Shown here: in pieces, positions 24,795 to 35,236 of the stretch
How positions within the stretch are numbered: position 1 is the first letter of the stretch
Layout of the letters: every line of letters begins with the position of its first letter
NCBI RefSeq assembly: GCF_044324875.1
Contig: NZ_CP172185.1
DNA from: Escherichia coli
GTDB lineage: Bacteria; Pseudomonadota; Gammaproteobacteria; Enterobacterales; Enterobacteriaceae
Direction: 5' to 3' (one strand)
Length of the DNA: 64,000 bases
Position numbers and translations under genes: made by a program
The notes under the pieces: model-generated
The model's database searches: none
Told to the model about the DNA's origin: nothing
The model's input: only the letters and a program-made list of their open reading frames with translations

Positions 24795-25943
24795 TTACAC
24801 GTGAGCAACGGGTTTCGGCGTATGACCGGCGTTGCGAAGCAGCATCAGCAAATAGATAAACGATACGCTGGCGATCATGATAAACAATAAATTATCGGAG
24901 AAATTCTGCATTAGCATAGCGGTAAATGACGGGCCAAGCAGACTTCCCACGGTATAGCTCAACAGTAAGGCCTGGTTCATCGCCACCAGTTGATGATGTT
25001 CAACTTTCTCGCAAGCCCATGCCATCGCCACCGGATATAGCGTAAAGCCAGCGGCACCGAGGATGAATAACGCTGGGGCCATCGCCGCCTGGCTAAGCAT
25101 CGCGATACTGCCGAGAATGACGACAAAGACCTGAACACGCAACACCAGCAGTCGACCAAACTTATCCGCCAGACGTCCAATCGGCCATTGTCCAAGGATA
25201 CCCGCACTGACCAGTACCGCCATCCAGAAACCAATGCTGGCATTGCTCACCCCTTTGTGATTGAGGAACAGCGGCATCAGGCCATATAGAGATCCCAGAA
25301 CGATTCCTGAGATAATGCAGCCATTCACGCCAAGCCGCGCCTGACGGAGTTTTAGCATTGACGTAATTGACGTCGAATCATGGTTTTCAGCCTGCTGATT
25401 CAGCACACGCGTAAACAACAGCGGTAAGATCCCTGCCAACGTCAAACCTGTAACCCACGGCAATACGGACATCAGCTCGGTTGAAACTTTGCTGACCAGT
25501 AACTGGCCTAAAAACGTTCCCACGTAATAAACCATCATATACGCAGCAAGCAAACGCCCACGGTTACGTGACGTCCCACTGCACATCAGCGCGCTCTCAA
25601 CAACCACCCAAATCATGGCACAGCCGACGCCGGCGACAAAACGCCAAGCCAACCAGCTCCAGAATCCAATCATCAGGCCAAGGCCGGCACAGCCAGCGGC
25701 AAAAATGAAGGAGGCCAGATAATAGCTGCGGTTAAAGCCAATGCGCTTAATGACATACCCTGTCAGCAATGTACCGACCAGGTTGCCGGTAAAATAGGAT
25801 GAGCTGACAACGCCTACCTGCCATGTGGACATGTGTTCCTGGGCGAGCCAAAGCGGCACGAGTGTATTTAACACTGCGATCGCCAGAGTCAACAAAAGCA
25901 GGCCAGACAGCAAAAGCATGACAGGCCGGGTATACGTGGACAT
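24795..25943 (-). CDS. ycaD: MFS transporter YcaD
   Basis: 382-aa ORF, 12-TM MFS-type sequence. Confidence 0.92.
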   Translation of the reverse strand: MSTYTRPVMLLLSGLLLLTLAIAVLNTLVPLWLAQEHMSTWQVGVVSSSYFTGNLVGTLLTGYVIKRIGFNRSYYLASFIFAAGCAGLGLMIGFWSWLAWRFVAGVGCAMIWVVVESALMCSGTSRNRGRLLAAYMMVYYVGTFLGQLLVSKVSTELMSVLPWVTGLTLAGILPLLFTRVLNQQAENHDSTSITSMLKLRQARLGVNGCIISGIVLGSLYGLMPLFLNHKGVSNASIGFWMAVLVSAGILGQWPIGRLADKFGRLLVLRVQVFVVILGSIAMLSQAAMAPALFILGAAGFTLYPVAMAWACEKVEHHQLVAMNQALLLSYTVGSLLGPSFTAMLMQNFSDNLLFIMIASVSFIYLLMLLRNAGHTPKPVAHV

Positions 25944-26257
25944 GAATTAAAACCGTGAGGAAGTTCAAATTTCATGCGCATCATGCCACCGCCAAAAACA
26001 TTGTCAATGGGTGAAAATACGCGCATATCGCAGCGGAGGTATTATCGATTTATATTACTCATTCATAACGCTAATGCTGGAGAGACGATTAATCTCATCT
26101 GATTGTTTTTATTGATCTAACACAAATTTCATACGCTTCGTTCAGTCGAAAAATTTCATGGTCACAGCAAACTCATATTTCCCGTCTATGCTTTCAGAGC
26201 AATGCATCGCGTCTGACCGATTTCAGACGTACCACTGACTCTCGAAAGGAGAAGAGG

Positions 26258-26884
26258 ATGACCAAACCGTATGTTCGTCTTGATAAAAATGATGCTGCCG
26301 TTTTGCTTGTTGATCACCAGGCTGGTTTACTTTCCCTTGTACGGGATATCGAACCCGATAAGTTTAAAAATAACGTGCTGGCGCTGGGCGACCTGGCTAA
26401 GTATTTCAACTTACCTACTATTCTTACCACCAGTTTTGAAACCGGTCCTAACGGCCCATTAGTTCCAGAACTGAAAGCACAGTTCCCCGATGCACCTTAC
26501 ATTGCTCGCCCGGGCAATATTAACGCCTGGGATAACGAAGATTTTGTAAAAGCTGTCAAAGCGACAGGTAAAAAACAGTTAATTATTGCCGGTGTGGTAA
26601 CCGAAGTTTGCGTGGCATTCCCGGCGCTTTCAGCCATTGAAGAAGGGTTTGATGTATTTGTCGTGACTGATGCATCAGGGACCTTTAATGAAATTACCCG
26701 GCATTCGGCGTGGGATCGCATGTCGCAAGCTGGTGCGCAATTGATGACATGGTTCGGCGTGGCTTGCGAGCTGCACCGTGACTGGCGTAATGATATTGAA
26801 GGACTGGCGACGTTGTTCTCTAACCACATTCCTGATTATCGTAATTTGATGACCAGTTATGACACATTAACGAAGCAGAAATAA
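26258..26884 (+). CDS. ycaC: Isochorismatase-family hydrolase YcaC
   Basis: 208-aa ORF MTKPYVRLDKNDAAVLLVDHQ. Confidence 0.94.
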   Translation: MTKPYVRLDKNDAAVLLVDHQAGLLSLVRDIEPDKFKNNVLALGDLAKYFNLPTILTTSFETGPNGPLVPELKAQFPDAPYIARPGNINAWDNEDFVKAVKATGKKQLIIAGVVTEVCVAFPALSAIEEGFDVFVVTDASGTFNEITRHSAWDRMSQAGAQLMTWFGVACELHRDWRNDIEGLATLFSNHIPDYRNLMTSYDTLTKQK

Positions 26885-26889
26885 AAGAG

Positions 26890-26911
26890 AACCGGGGTCG
26901 AAACCCCGGTT
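26890..26911. terminator. Bidirectional hairpin between convergent ycaC and dmsC
   Basis: AACCGGGGT-CGAA-ACCCCGGTT perfect inverted repeat. Confidence 0.6.
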
Positions 26912-26919
26912 GTTACTGA

Positions 26920-27783
26920 TTAGCTTGCGACGGCCATCCCCACGGTCATATGCAAACCATAGAATACGCCGCGACCGATTAATTCTCCTGCCAGAAGCAG
27001 AATGAATGAGACGGATAGTAGCGGAACCGCAGGCTGATAACCTTTTAGCTGTGGTGCAATCCACAAACACAGGGCAACAGCCAAAAGCACGATCCGCCAG
27101 GACATCAGCGCACCATAGTCCGGCACCAGCGCTGCGGCCTGCTGCACAGAACTATGAATAGTCGCCAGCTCTGCGCCCTGCATCACTGACATCACGCCAC
27201 TCACTACCAGGGCCAGTACAGAAATGGCTGGCAGCAGACGCATCGCCCAGCCATCGACGCCAGCCAGACTCAGCAACAGGTAACCCAGTAACGGGCCGCC
27301 CATGAACATCGTCAGGAAGAAGCCCATCGGTGTCCAGATGCTGTACCAGGTCGGAACGGTATCGATGCTGTTATAGACACGCACCATCATCCAGACAAAG
27401 ACTACGCCAAGAACCATCGTCACCACCAGCCACAGCGTACGCAATGCCGGTGACAGCTTGTTCAGCATTGCCAGTAACCAGCCGATGCCACCAACAGCAA
27501 AAAAGATCGAACCGCTGGCGATTTCGTTACTGAGTGCTGAAGCCCCTACCCGGTTGAGCGAGTTAAAGGCGCGCATCGGTGAACCAAGATGAAGCATAGA
27601 GGCGATAAAGCCAATGCCCATCAGCACCCATAAACCAAACATGCAGGCAATAACACGCTGCTGGGCTTCTGCTCGCAGGTCGCCTTTGAGCAGCGCCAAA
27701 GCCAGAACGATAAAACCACCCGCTACACATTGCCCGAAGACCGTGAAGATCATCAGCGGCCATTCATGCCATCCACTTCCCAT
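26920..27783 (-). CDS. dmsC: DMSO reductase membrane anchor subunit
   Basis: Start at ATG (MGSGWHEWPLMIF) with AAGGAGG SD; 287 aa. Confidence 0.94.
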   Translation of the reverse strand: MGSGWHEWPLMIFTVFGQCVAGGFIVLALALLKGDLRAEAQQRVIACMFGLWVLMGIGFIASMLHLGSPMRAFNSLNRVGASALSNEIASGSIFFAVGGIGWLLAMLNKLSPALRTLWLVVTMVLGVVFVWMMVRVYNSIDTVPTWYSIWTPMGFFLTMFMGGPLLGYLLLSLAGVDGWAMRLLPAISVLALVVSGVMSVMQGAELATIHSSVQQAAALVPDYGALMSWRIVLLAVALCLWIAPQLKGYQPAVPLLSVSFILLLAGELIGRGVFYGLHMTVGMAVAS

Positions 27784-27784
27784 C

Positions 27785-28402
27785 TCACACCTCCTTCGGG
27801 TTTGCCAGATAGCCAGTGGTATCCCCAGTCGGGCGGCTGTTGGCATTGGGTTTGATCACAATATTCGGTTTGGTAAAGTGAGCTCGCGGCAACGGCGCAA
27901 CGGCCGCCAGATCGCCATGTTTTTTACGCAGCTCGTCGATAGGGCCGAAATCCAGCGCCCGCAGCGGGCAGGATTCTACGCAGATCGGCTTTTTCCCTTC
28001 CGCAACACGGTCATAACAACCATCGCATTTGGTCATATGGCCTTTCGTTTCGTTATATTGCGGTGCGCCATACGGGCAAGCCATATGGCAGTAGCGGCAG
28101 CCAATGCACACATCTTCATCGACCACAACAAAACCATCTTCACGTTTATGCATCGCACCGCTCGGGCAGACTTTAGTACAAGCCGGATCTTCGCAGTGGT
28201 TACATGAAATCGACAGATAGTAGGCAAACACGTTCTGATGCCAGACACCGTTATCTTCCTGCCAGTCACCGCCAGCATATTCATAAATGCGGCGGAAGCT
28301 GACTTCCGGCGTCAGATCTTTATAGTCTTTACAGGCCAGCTCGCAGGTTTTGCAACCGGTGCAACGGCTGGAATCAATAAAAAATCCATACTGGGTTGTC
28401 AT
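27785..28402 (-). CDS. dmsB: DMSO reductase iron-sulfur subunit
   Basis: 205-aa ORF with four Cys clusters (CxxCxxCxxxCP). Confidence 0.97.
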   Translation of the reverse strand: MTTQYGFFIDSSRCTGCKTCELACKDYKDLTPEVSFRRIYEYAGGDWQEDNGVWHQNVFAYYLSISCNHCEDPACTKVCPSGAMHKREDGFVVVDEDVCIGCRYCHMACPYGAPQYNETKGHMTKCDGCYDRVAEGKKPICVESCPLRALDFGPIDELRKKHGDLAAVAPLPRAHFTKPNIVIKPNANSRPTGDTTGYLANPKEV

Positions 28403-28412
28403 CGGTTACTCC

Positions 28413-30857
28413 TTACACCTTTTCAACCTGAACAAGGTTTGTATGTGACGGATTCCCCTTAGCGAGAGGAGACGGACGTTGAGTGGTCAGTACATTGATA
28501 CAACCGCCCTTATCGACACGTTTTGCATCCGGGTCATACCAGGCACCTTCACCCAGTGCGACCACACCCGGCATCATTCGTGGCGTCACTTTCGCCTCAA
28601 TATGAACCTCACCACGATCGTTAAAGATCCTGACTTTATCGCCGTTGTTGATACCGCGTTTTTGCGCATCAAGCGGGTTGATCCACATTTCCTGACGGCA
28701 AGCCGCTTTCAGCACATCAACGTTGCCGTAAGTTGAGTGAACGCGAGATTTATAGTGGAAACCCGTAAGCTGCAGCGGATATTGTTTGTTCAGCGGATCC
28801 TGATAACTTTCAAAGCCCGGCGTATAGATCGGCAGTGGATCGATCACATCGCCTTCTGGCAATTCCCAAGTCGCGGCAATGTCAGCCAGCGCCTGCGAAT
28901 AAATCTCAATTTTACCCGATGGCGTGGTCAGTGGATTTGCCTGAGGATCTTCACGGAAAGCTTTATAAGCAACGTGGTGCCCTTGTGGGTCGCGCTTTTT
29001 AAAGATCCCCTGCTTGCGGAACTCTTCAAACGTTGGCAGTTCAGGAATCGCTTCCCGCGACTGGGCATACAGATGCCGCATCCACTCTTCCTGTGTACGG
29101 CCTTCAGTAAACTGTTGCTCAACGCCAAGACGTTTTGCCAGTTCGCTGGTCATTTCATAGATGGTCTTACATTCAAAGCGCGGTTTAATCACCTGATCGT
29201 TGAAAATCACGTAAGACATATTCCCGCAGGATGCATCCAGTGCAAAGTCCATCTGTTCGGAAGCGGTGCAGTCAGGCAGCAGGATGTCAGCATATTTCGC
29301 TGATGAGGTCATGTGGCAGTCGATAACCACAATCAGCTCGCACTTCTTATCATCCTGAAGGATTTCATGGGTACGGTTGATTTCAGAATGCTGGTTAATC
29401 AGGCAGTTACCGGCATAGTTCCAGATCATTTTGATCGGCACATCCAGCTTATCTTTCCCGCGCACACCATCACGCAGCGCTGTCATTTCCGGGCCACGTT
29501 CAATGGCATCGGTCCACATAAACATCGAAATGCTGGTCTGGATCGGGTTTTCGAGGGTCGGCATACGGACAAACGGTAAGCTGTATGAACCTTCACGCGC
29601 GCCGCTGTTGCCTCCGTTAATACCAACGTTACCGGTCAGAATCGCCAGCATCGAGATAGCACGGGTTGCGATTTCACCGTTAGCGTGACGCTGCGGGCCC
29701 CATCCCTGGCTGATAAACGCCGGTTTGGTACTACCGATTTCACGAGCCAATTTGATGATTTTGTCTGCCGGAACACCGGTGATTTGCGAGGCCCATTCCG
29801 GCGTTTTAGCCACGCCATCTGGCCCTTCACCCAGAATATAAGCTTTATAGTGACCATTTTTCGGCGCACTGGCTGGCAGTGTTTTCTCGTCGTAGCCAAC
29901 GCAATATTTATCGAGGAATGCCTGATCCACCAGGTTTTCGGTGATCATGACATACGCCAGACCGTTAACCAGTGCGGCATCTGTTCCTGGACGAATAGGG
30001 ATCCACTCATCTTCGCGCCCGGCACCGGTGTCGGTATAGCGCGGATCGATGATGATCATGCGGGCATTAGATTTCTGACGCGCCTGTTCAAGATAGTAAG
30101 TCACCCCACCGCCACTCATTCGCGTTTCGCCAGGGTTATTACCAAACAGCACTACCAGCTTACTGTTTTCGATATCCGACGGGCTGTTACCATCTGCCCA
30201 GCCGCCATAGGTATAGTTCAAACCTTCCGCAATTTGCGCGGAAGAGTAGTCACCGTAATGGTTCAGATAACCGCCGCAGCAGTTCATCAGGCGAGCGACC
30301 AGGGTATTTCCCGGCGGCCAGGAGCGGGTCATGGTGCCGCCCAGCGTACCGGTACCATAGTTCAGATAGATAGACTCGTTGCCGTACTCTTTGATCAGGC
30401 GCTGCATATTGGTCGCGATGATGTCGTAGGCTTCTTCCCAGCTAATGCGCTCGAATTTGCCTTCACCGCGCGCCCCGACTCGTTTCATCGGATATTTCAG
30501 GCGGTCCGGATTGTAGACACGGCGACGCATGGAACGCCCACGCAGACAGGCGCGCACCTGGTGCAGGCCGTCATAGTTGTCATCGCCGGTATTATCCGTT
30601 TCAACATATTTAATTTCACCGTCCACAACGTGCATACGTAGCGGGCAGCGACTACCACAGTTAACTGTACAGGCGCTCCAGATAACCTTTTCGTCTGATT
30701 TTGCCGGAAGGGCACTATCAACAGCGTGCGCAATCCGACTAAAAGGTAATGTTAACGCGCTGCTTGCCATTGCCAGGCCGCCGATCGCTGTCGTTTTTAC
30801 CAAACCACGGCGACTCACCTCAGCAGCCAATACCGCATCAGGGATTTTCGTTTTCAT
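28413..30857 (-). CDS. dmsA: DMSO reductase molybdopterin catalytic subunit (Tat signal)
   Basis: 814-aa ORF with twin-arginine leader (SRRGLVKTTAIGGLAMA). Confidence 0.97.
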   Translation of the reverse strand: MKTKIPDAVLAAEVSRRGLVKTTAIGGLAMASSALTLPFSRIAHAVDSALPAKSDEKVIWSACTVNCGSRCPLRMHVVDGEIKYVETDNTGDDNYDGLHQVRACLRGRSMRRRVYNPDRLKYPMKRVGARGEGKFERISWEEAYDIIATNMQRLIKEYGNESIYLNYGTGTLGGTMTRSWPPGNTLVARLMNCCGGYLNHYGDYSSAQIAEGLNYTYGGWADGNSPSDIENSKLVVLFGNNPGETRMSGGGVTYYLEQARQKSNARMIIIDPRYTDTGAGREDEWIPIRPGTDAALVNGLAYVMITENLVDQAFLDKYCVGYDEKTLPASAPKNGHYKAYILGEGPDGVAKTPEWASQITGVPADKIIKLAREIGSTKPAFISQGWGPQRHANGEIATRAISMLAILTGNVGINGGNSGAREGSYSLPFVRMPTLENPIQTSISMFMWTDAIERGPEMTALRDGVRGKDKLDVPIKMIWNYAGNCLINQHSEINRTHEILQDDKKCELIVVIDCHMTSSAKYADILLPDCTASEQMDFALDASCGNMSYVIFNDQVIKPRFECKTIYEMTSELAKRLGVEQQFTEGRTQEEWMRHLYAQSREAIPELPTFEEFRKQGIFKKRDPQGHHVAYKAFREDPQANPLTTPSGKIEIYSQALADIAATWELPEGDVIDPLPIYTPGFESYQDPLNKQYPLQLTGFHYKSRVHSTYGNVDVLKAACRQEMWINPLDAQKRGINNGDKVRIFNDRGEVHIEAKVTPRMMPGVVALGEGAWYDPDAKRVDKGGCINVLTTQRPSPLAKGNPSHTNLVQVEKV

Positions 30858-31027
30858 AATGGCTCACTCAAGCTTGCTCACGATTGATTCCAGTAACAAA
30901 CCGTATTGTGTAATTATTTCTATAGCAGTTCGCTATATAGGCTTGTATACATCGAATAATTTGAAAATCAAAGAGATAGGTAGATTTTCACTCGAAAGTA
31001 GTATTACGTGTAAGTGAGGAGTAATTA

Positions 31028-31041
31028 TTGTTCGGTATCAA
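31028..31041 (-). promoter_or_regulatory. FNR binding site of dmsA promoter
   Basis: Minus strand reads TTGATACCGAACAA (TTGAT-N4-AACAA) about 170 nt upstream of dmsA ATG. Confidence 0.7.
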
Positions 31042-31153
31042 AGGGAGACAAAAAAAGCGCCCGCAGGAGATTTAACGGTACTTACTCCTCTTGCTGATTT
31101 CCTTATTTTTCAATAAGTAAACAAAAACAAGGGGAGCAAATTATCACAAATAA

Positions 31154-32158
31154 TTACTGGTCGATGGACAGTTTATGGACACTTTCAGCCAGCGGATTAA
31201 AGCTGATCGCATCCTGTAAAAAGTCCGGTGAAAAATGCGCATACGTCATCGTTTGCTGAATCGTGGCGTGACCCAGGATCCTCTGCAACGTGACGATGTT
31301 CCCGCCGTTCATCATGAAATGCGTGGCGAACGTGTGCCGCATGACATGCGTGGCCTGCCCTTTGGGTAAGTCGGGCTTCACCTCCTGAAGGATCTCCCTG
31401 AAACTGAGATAATCAACCTGATATAACAGGCCGGTCCGGCGGGTTTTAATTAACGGCACAACGGAATCAGCTACAGGAACCGAGCGCGATTTCCCGTTCT
31501 TTGTGTTAAAGAACGTCACCCTGTTACCCACGATGTGTTCCCCGCGAAGCGTTGACGCCTCTTTCCATCTGGCCCCGGTCGAAAGGCACAGAATGGCAAT
31601 GCGTCGTGCATCACCCTCAAGCCGTTTCAGAAGGCGATCAATCTCGTCATCTGAAAGAAAGGCCATTTCTGTATTCTGAACCTTGAGTTTACGTATTCCG
31701 CGCACAGGGTTTTCGTTATGATAAACCTCCGCGTCAATTAACAACGAAAACATCGCAGATAAGGCGCACAGGTCGCGATTGATACTGGACGGCATCAGTC
31801 CCGCCTGCAACTTATCCGAGCGATACTCAATCACGAATTTTCGTGTCATCTGGCTGGCGCGCGGGTCCCCCATTTCACGTATCACCTTCTCCAGTCTGGT
31901 TCTGTAGGTATCACCATATGCCTGATTACGACCATCAAGCATCCACCACACCTCAATCAGTTCTGATAACCGCCGTTGATCGGCGGGCCTTGCCTGCCAC
32001 GGGTTATTGTGGAAATTCTGAAGAACGTATCTTTCGAATTCCTGCGCCTTTGATTTCAGGGTGAAAATCTTACGAATCCGCCTTCCTCCCGCCCCCTGAG
32101 GCCTTACATCAACCTGATAACGTCCGTCTTTGAGTTGCTTAATCGACATGATCAGCAC
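31154..32158 (-). CDS. int: Phage tyrosine integrase (P2 Int-like)
   Basis: 334 aa; conserved ILCLSTGARW...ATHVMRHTFATHFMMNGG...LQRILGH...YAHF (R, H-x-x-R, Y catalytic residues). Confidence 0.93.
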   Translation of the reverse strand: MLIMSIKQLKDGRYQVDVRPQGAGGRRIRKIFTLKSKAQEFERYVLQNFHNNPWQARPADQRRLSELIEVWWMLDGRNQAYGDTYRTRLEKVIREMGDPRASQMTRKFVIEYRSDKLQAGLMPSSINRDLCALSAMFSLLIDAEVYHNENPVRGIRKLKVQNTEMAFLSDDEIDRLLKRLEGDARRIAILCLSTGARWKEASTLRGEHIVGNRVTFFNTKNGKSRSVPVADSVVPLIKTRRTGLLYQVDYLSFREILQEVKPDLPKGQATHVMRHTFATHFMMNGGNIVTLQRILGHATIQQTMTYAHFSPDFLQDAISFNPLAESVHKLSIDQ

Positions 32159-32218
32159 CTCCGACGGATAAACCTGTTAACCCCTGCTTACTGAACGCCG
32201 CCCGTTCAATATACAGCG

Positions 32219-32560
32219 TCAGCCAGCATTGCGGCCTGATTGGGGTGATTTTTGGGTATTGCGGGTTGAAACCTGATCGTCCTCCGACTGCGTGGAGCCA
32301 TCAAGAGAGAGAGCCGGGGCGATCTGACCGGCAACAGGTAGCGTCTTATCTTTGATTAGCCAGAACATATATTTTTCAAACCGATCCACTTGAAGGACGG
32401 CCTCAACAATCTTTGCTCTGGCGATCTTTTGCCCTGACTCATAATTCCTGACAGTTGCCAGAGATAACCCTGTAATATCAGCAAATTGCTTTTGAGTTAG
32501 CCCTTCCGTCTTGCGTATCAAACGCAACTTTTTCGCATAGTCTATTGACAAGATACTCAT
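32219..32560 (-). CDS. Phage immunity repressor (P2 C-like, XRE-type HTH)
   Basis: 113 aa; HTH LTQKQFADITGLSLATVRNYESG; position between int and divergent early operon. Confidence 0.8.
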   Translation of the reverse strand: MSILSIDYAKKLRLIRKTEGLTQKQFADITGLSLATVRNYESGQKIARAKIVEAVLQVDRFEKYMFWLIKDKTLPVAGQIAPALSLDGSTQSEDDQVSTRNTQKSPQSGRNAG

Positions 32561-32663
32561 TTGGGGATTAATCTCCTACAAAAGATAACCGTACGATTAT
32601 CTTTACAAGTCATCAAAAATCATCAAAAGGCGCAACAAGCGCACCAATGCAAGAGGATAACAA

Positions 32664-33185
32664 ATGCGGGAGATTATTGCCGACAAAGAGTTATCTGGCG
32701 CTCAACCGGTTCAGGATGATGGCGCGGACAATGAATTCATTGAAGCTGCCAACGACAACGAACACCTGGAAACCAAAACCAGACCGTCCTACAAAAAGGG
32801 CGCAACCCTACGACTGGACGGCCCAGTCGCAGGACTTGTGTCACTGGAAAAAGGGGCTGCCTATCTGGGGGTAACAAAATCTGCGCTACGCGCCGCCATT
32901 CAGCGCGGGCAGATGCCGGGTCACAAAACGCGCTCAAATCCCGAAGATGAAAAGTCAGACGGTACATGGTGGTTTAACGCCAAAGCCTGGGACGAACTAG
33001 CCGACGAACTACTGGAGTGCGAACCGCCAGAGTGGCACAACTGGAAAAGCTACTGGACGTACGACCGCAAGAAAAGAAAGTTTTCACCGGCAAACAAGGA
33101 GGACTGCCAGACCGTTAAAGGTAAGCAGGTTTACTCCCCCAGAGTTTCAAAACTGGAGCAACTCAAAAACAACCAGCCCGGCTAA
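32664..33185 (+). CDS. Cox/excisionase-like early protein (173 aa)
   Basis: AGAGGA SD 7 nt upstream; central HTH-like AYLGVTKSALRAAIQRGQMP; first gene of rightward early operon. Confidence 0.55.
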   Translation: MREIIADKELSGAQPVQDDGADNEFIEAANDNEHLETKTRPSYKKGATLRLDGPVAGLVSLEKGAAYLGVTKSALRAAIQRGQMPGHKTRSNPEDEKSDGTWWFNAKAWDELADELLECEPPEWHNWKSYWTYDRKKRKFSPANKEDCQTVKGKQVYSPRVSKLEQLKNNQPG

Positions 33186-33193
33186 ACACGAAA

Positions 33194-33400
33194 ATGACCA
33201 GCAATATCATCAATGCCGTTTTGAACATTATATTCCTGGAATTAGGCGTAGTAGTGATTTATCTGCTTGGCAAGCTAACAGGACAAAAAGAACGTTTTAT
33301 TGTCCTCAACGTTCATTACGTCGCAGCTTATTCTAAAGGGCTTTTTCCAATAGTTGTTGGCGCGGGACTTACAGCGTTTGTCATCTGGCTCATCAGGTAG
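33194..33400 (+). CDS. Small hydrophobic protein (68 aa, two predicted TM segments)
   Basis: ORF directly following cox-like gene; weak RBS. Confidence 0.4.
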   Translation: MTSNIINAVLNIIFLELGVVVIYLLGKLTGQKERFIVLNVHYVAAYSKGLFPIVVGAGLTAFVIWLIR

Positions 33401-33682
33401 AGGCACACAACGTAATCATTCGTAGCTATATTTCCGCAATAGTATTCAAGTAAAGGAAGACAACAACATGAAACCAAGACAAAGATTAACCTCCAGAAGT
33501 AGTGACGCATTGCACTTTAAAGCAAAAGACATAATAGCCACAACAAAGGTAGGAGCATAAGTCTATATACACTTTCAGAATTTCTATCTGGAGAGAACAT
33601 TAAAAACGGAAGAGGAAGCCAATGAGTATTTGTTATTCATGAAAGATTGCATAGAAGGAAAAATAAGCGCAGGAGATAAATA

Positions 33683-33991
33683 ATGCGAAAACATTATTCA
33701 CAGCCACATTTCCGCAACAGTGCACCACGCAGCAATAACCGCTGGAGCCTGCGCGAAACACACGCAACGCCGGGCGGTCATGCTGTAAAACAGACTGGTC
33801 AACACACCTGGCTGATTGAGCAGGCCGGACTCGTGATCCACAGATGCCACCGCAATCCGTTTACCGGAAACCGCATTTTTGCACTGAGCAGCGGCGACAA
33901 TCAGTTCGGACAGGATTTCACACTGCACGAAGCCTTGCGAACTGCCGACCGCTTAATCGAGGGGCGCAGCTTTCAGCATACCGACTACTAA
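33683..33991 (+). CDS. Hypothetical phage early protein (102 aa)
   Basis: AGGAG SD upstream of ATG. Confidence 0.45.
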   Translation: MRKHYSQPHFRNSAPRSNNRWSLRETHATPGGHAVKQTGQHTWLIEQAGLVIHRCHRNPFTGNRIFALSSGDNQFGQDFTLHEALRTADRLIEGRSFQHTDY

Positions 33992-34029
33992 GGCAAAAGG
34001 AGTCTTAATAAGACAGAAGAGGCAGCAAG

Positions 34030-34272
34030 ATGAAAAGAGCCTATAAAGAACTCATTAACGACGCGCTTCAGAATTACCATTACGGACTTACAAGCCGTGG
34101 CACTAACGGTGACGCTGTTTCACTTGCAGCACTGACTACAGCAATCAAGGGCCTGACCTGTTGCGCCTTTGGTTCCGGAGATAATGAAGCTCTGACGGAA
34201 TTACAGGCCATTAATAAAGACCTGTCTGAAGGAAACGTAATAACCCCCTTTGTAATTCAGGAGGAAGCATGA
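34030..34272 (+). CDS. Hypothetical phage early protein (80 aa)
   Basis: ORF with plausible RBS; stop overlaps next start (ATGA). Confidence 0.5.
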   Translation: MKRAYKELINDALQNYHYGLTSRGTNGDAVSLAALTTAIKGLTCCAFGSGDNEALTELQAINKDLSEGNVITPFVIQEEA

Positions 34273-34394
34273 GCGTATTTATGTCATGGTTAATTCTTAT
34301 CCTTGCCATTATTTGCGCTGTGGGGATTATGCGGGTAATTAACAGCATTAACACCATTGAATCGTTATTTACTGGCGATAAGCGCCGTAAATAA
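34269..34394 (+). CDS. Small membrane peptide (41 aa), translationally coupled
   Basis: AGGAGG SD, ATGA overlap with upstream ORF; MSVFMSWLILILAIICAVGIMRVI hydrophobic helix; below ORF-track size cutoff. Confidence 0.45.
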   Translation: MSVFMSWLILILAIICAVGIMRVINSINTIESLFTGDKRRK

Positions 34395-34474
34395 ACAGGC
34401 GTTTAACACCAGAAACAACCAGAAACATCCGCTCACGCGGAGGGGTTGACCCGCTCAAAAAGGAGAAATCAGGA

Positions 34475-34768
34475 ATGCTTAATAATAAAAAAAACCGAAT
34501 CATTGATAACAGTGAACAGGTCAACAAAATAATCGAAGGCACAAACAAATTAATTAAGAAAAAAAACAAACTAAGCCGTGAATTAATGGAACATCCGGAA
34601 GAAATATTATTAGCCATGATGCACCAGACAGAAGCGATAGCCATCGCCCTTGCCGTGCAGGCGCTTTCTGAGTTCCGGGAAGAAAACATCAGGCTGGCTC
34701 AGGAGCTGAAAAACCTCAGACGTCAGCTTCAGAGCACTGAGGCTGGCACGTCATCACGAATACACTGA
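34475..34768 (+). CDS. Hypothetical Lys-rich protein (97 aa) in AT-rich island
   Basis: AAGGAG SD; AT-rich codon usage unlike flanking phage DNA. Confidence 0.55.
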   Translation: MLNNKKNRIIDNSEQVNKIIEGTNKLIKKKNKLSRELMEHPEEILLAMMHQTEAIAIALAVQALSEFREENIRLAQELKNLRRQLQSTEAGTSSRIH

Positions 34769-34778
34769 GGGCCACACC

Positions 34779-34988
34779 ATGACTGCAATTCTGAGAAGAC
34801 GCAATAAAACGCTTTTTACCGATACATCCGGGATGGAATACGAAGTGGAAAGCAGTGTCATCGCCACCACCACCCGATGCCCGGCAGGTGACGAACTGAT
34901 TTACGTCCACCTGACGGACGGGTCACAGATAACCGTCCTGACAGAGTCATGGCGCGAACTCGAGATAATAAGCGAGGTAAGAACATGA
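34779..34988 (+). CDS. Hypothetical phage early protein (69 aa)
   Basis: GAGGG SD; compact spacing. Confidence 0.5.
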   Translation: MTAILRRRNKTLFTDTSGMEYEVESSVIATTTRCPAGDELIYVHLTDGSQITVLTESWRELEIISEVRT

Positions 34989-35197
34989 GCAGCAAACACG
35001 ATACCAACGCACGCAGACCAGGCAAAGAGGCGCGTCACCATATCGCCGTAATGCGCAACCTGCTTATGAGTGAAATCGACGATTTTGTGGCAGGCCTGGG
35101 GCAACCGGGCGAACCAGCAACACCAGGCCAGATACACAGGGAATTACGCCGCCGCGTGGAAAACGTCGTGGATTACGTCATAAACCCGAACGACTGA
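34985..35197 (+). CDS. Hypothetical phage early protein (70 aa)
   Basis: ATG overlapping previous stop; GAGGT SD. Confidence 0.5.
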   Translation: MSSKHDTNARRPGKEARHHIAVMRNLLMSEIDDFVAGLGQPGEPATPGQIHRELRRRVENVVDYVINPND

Positions 35198-35236
35198 CGG
35201 GAACATGGCGAGCGTCAGATGACACACGCAGGGCAC

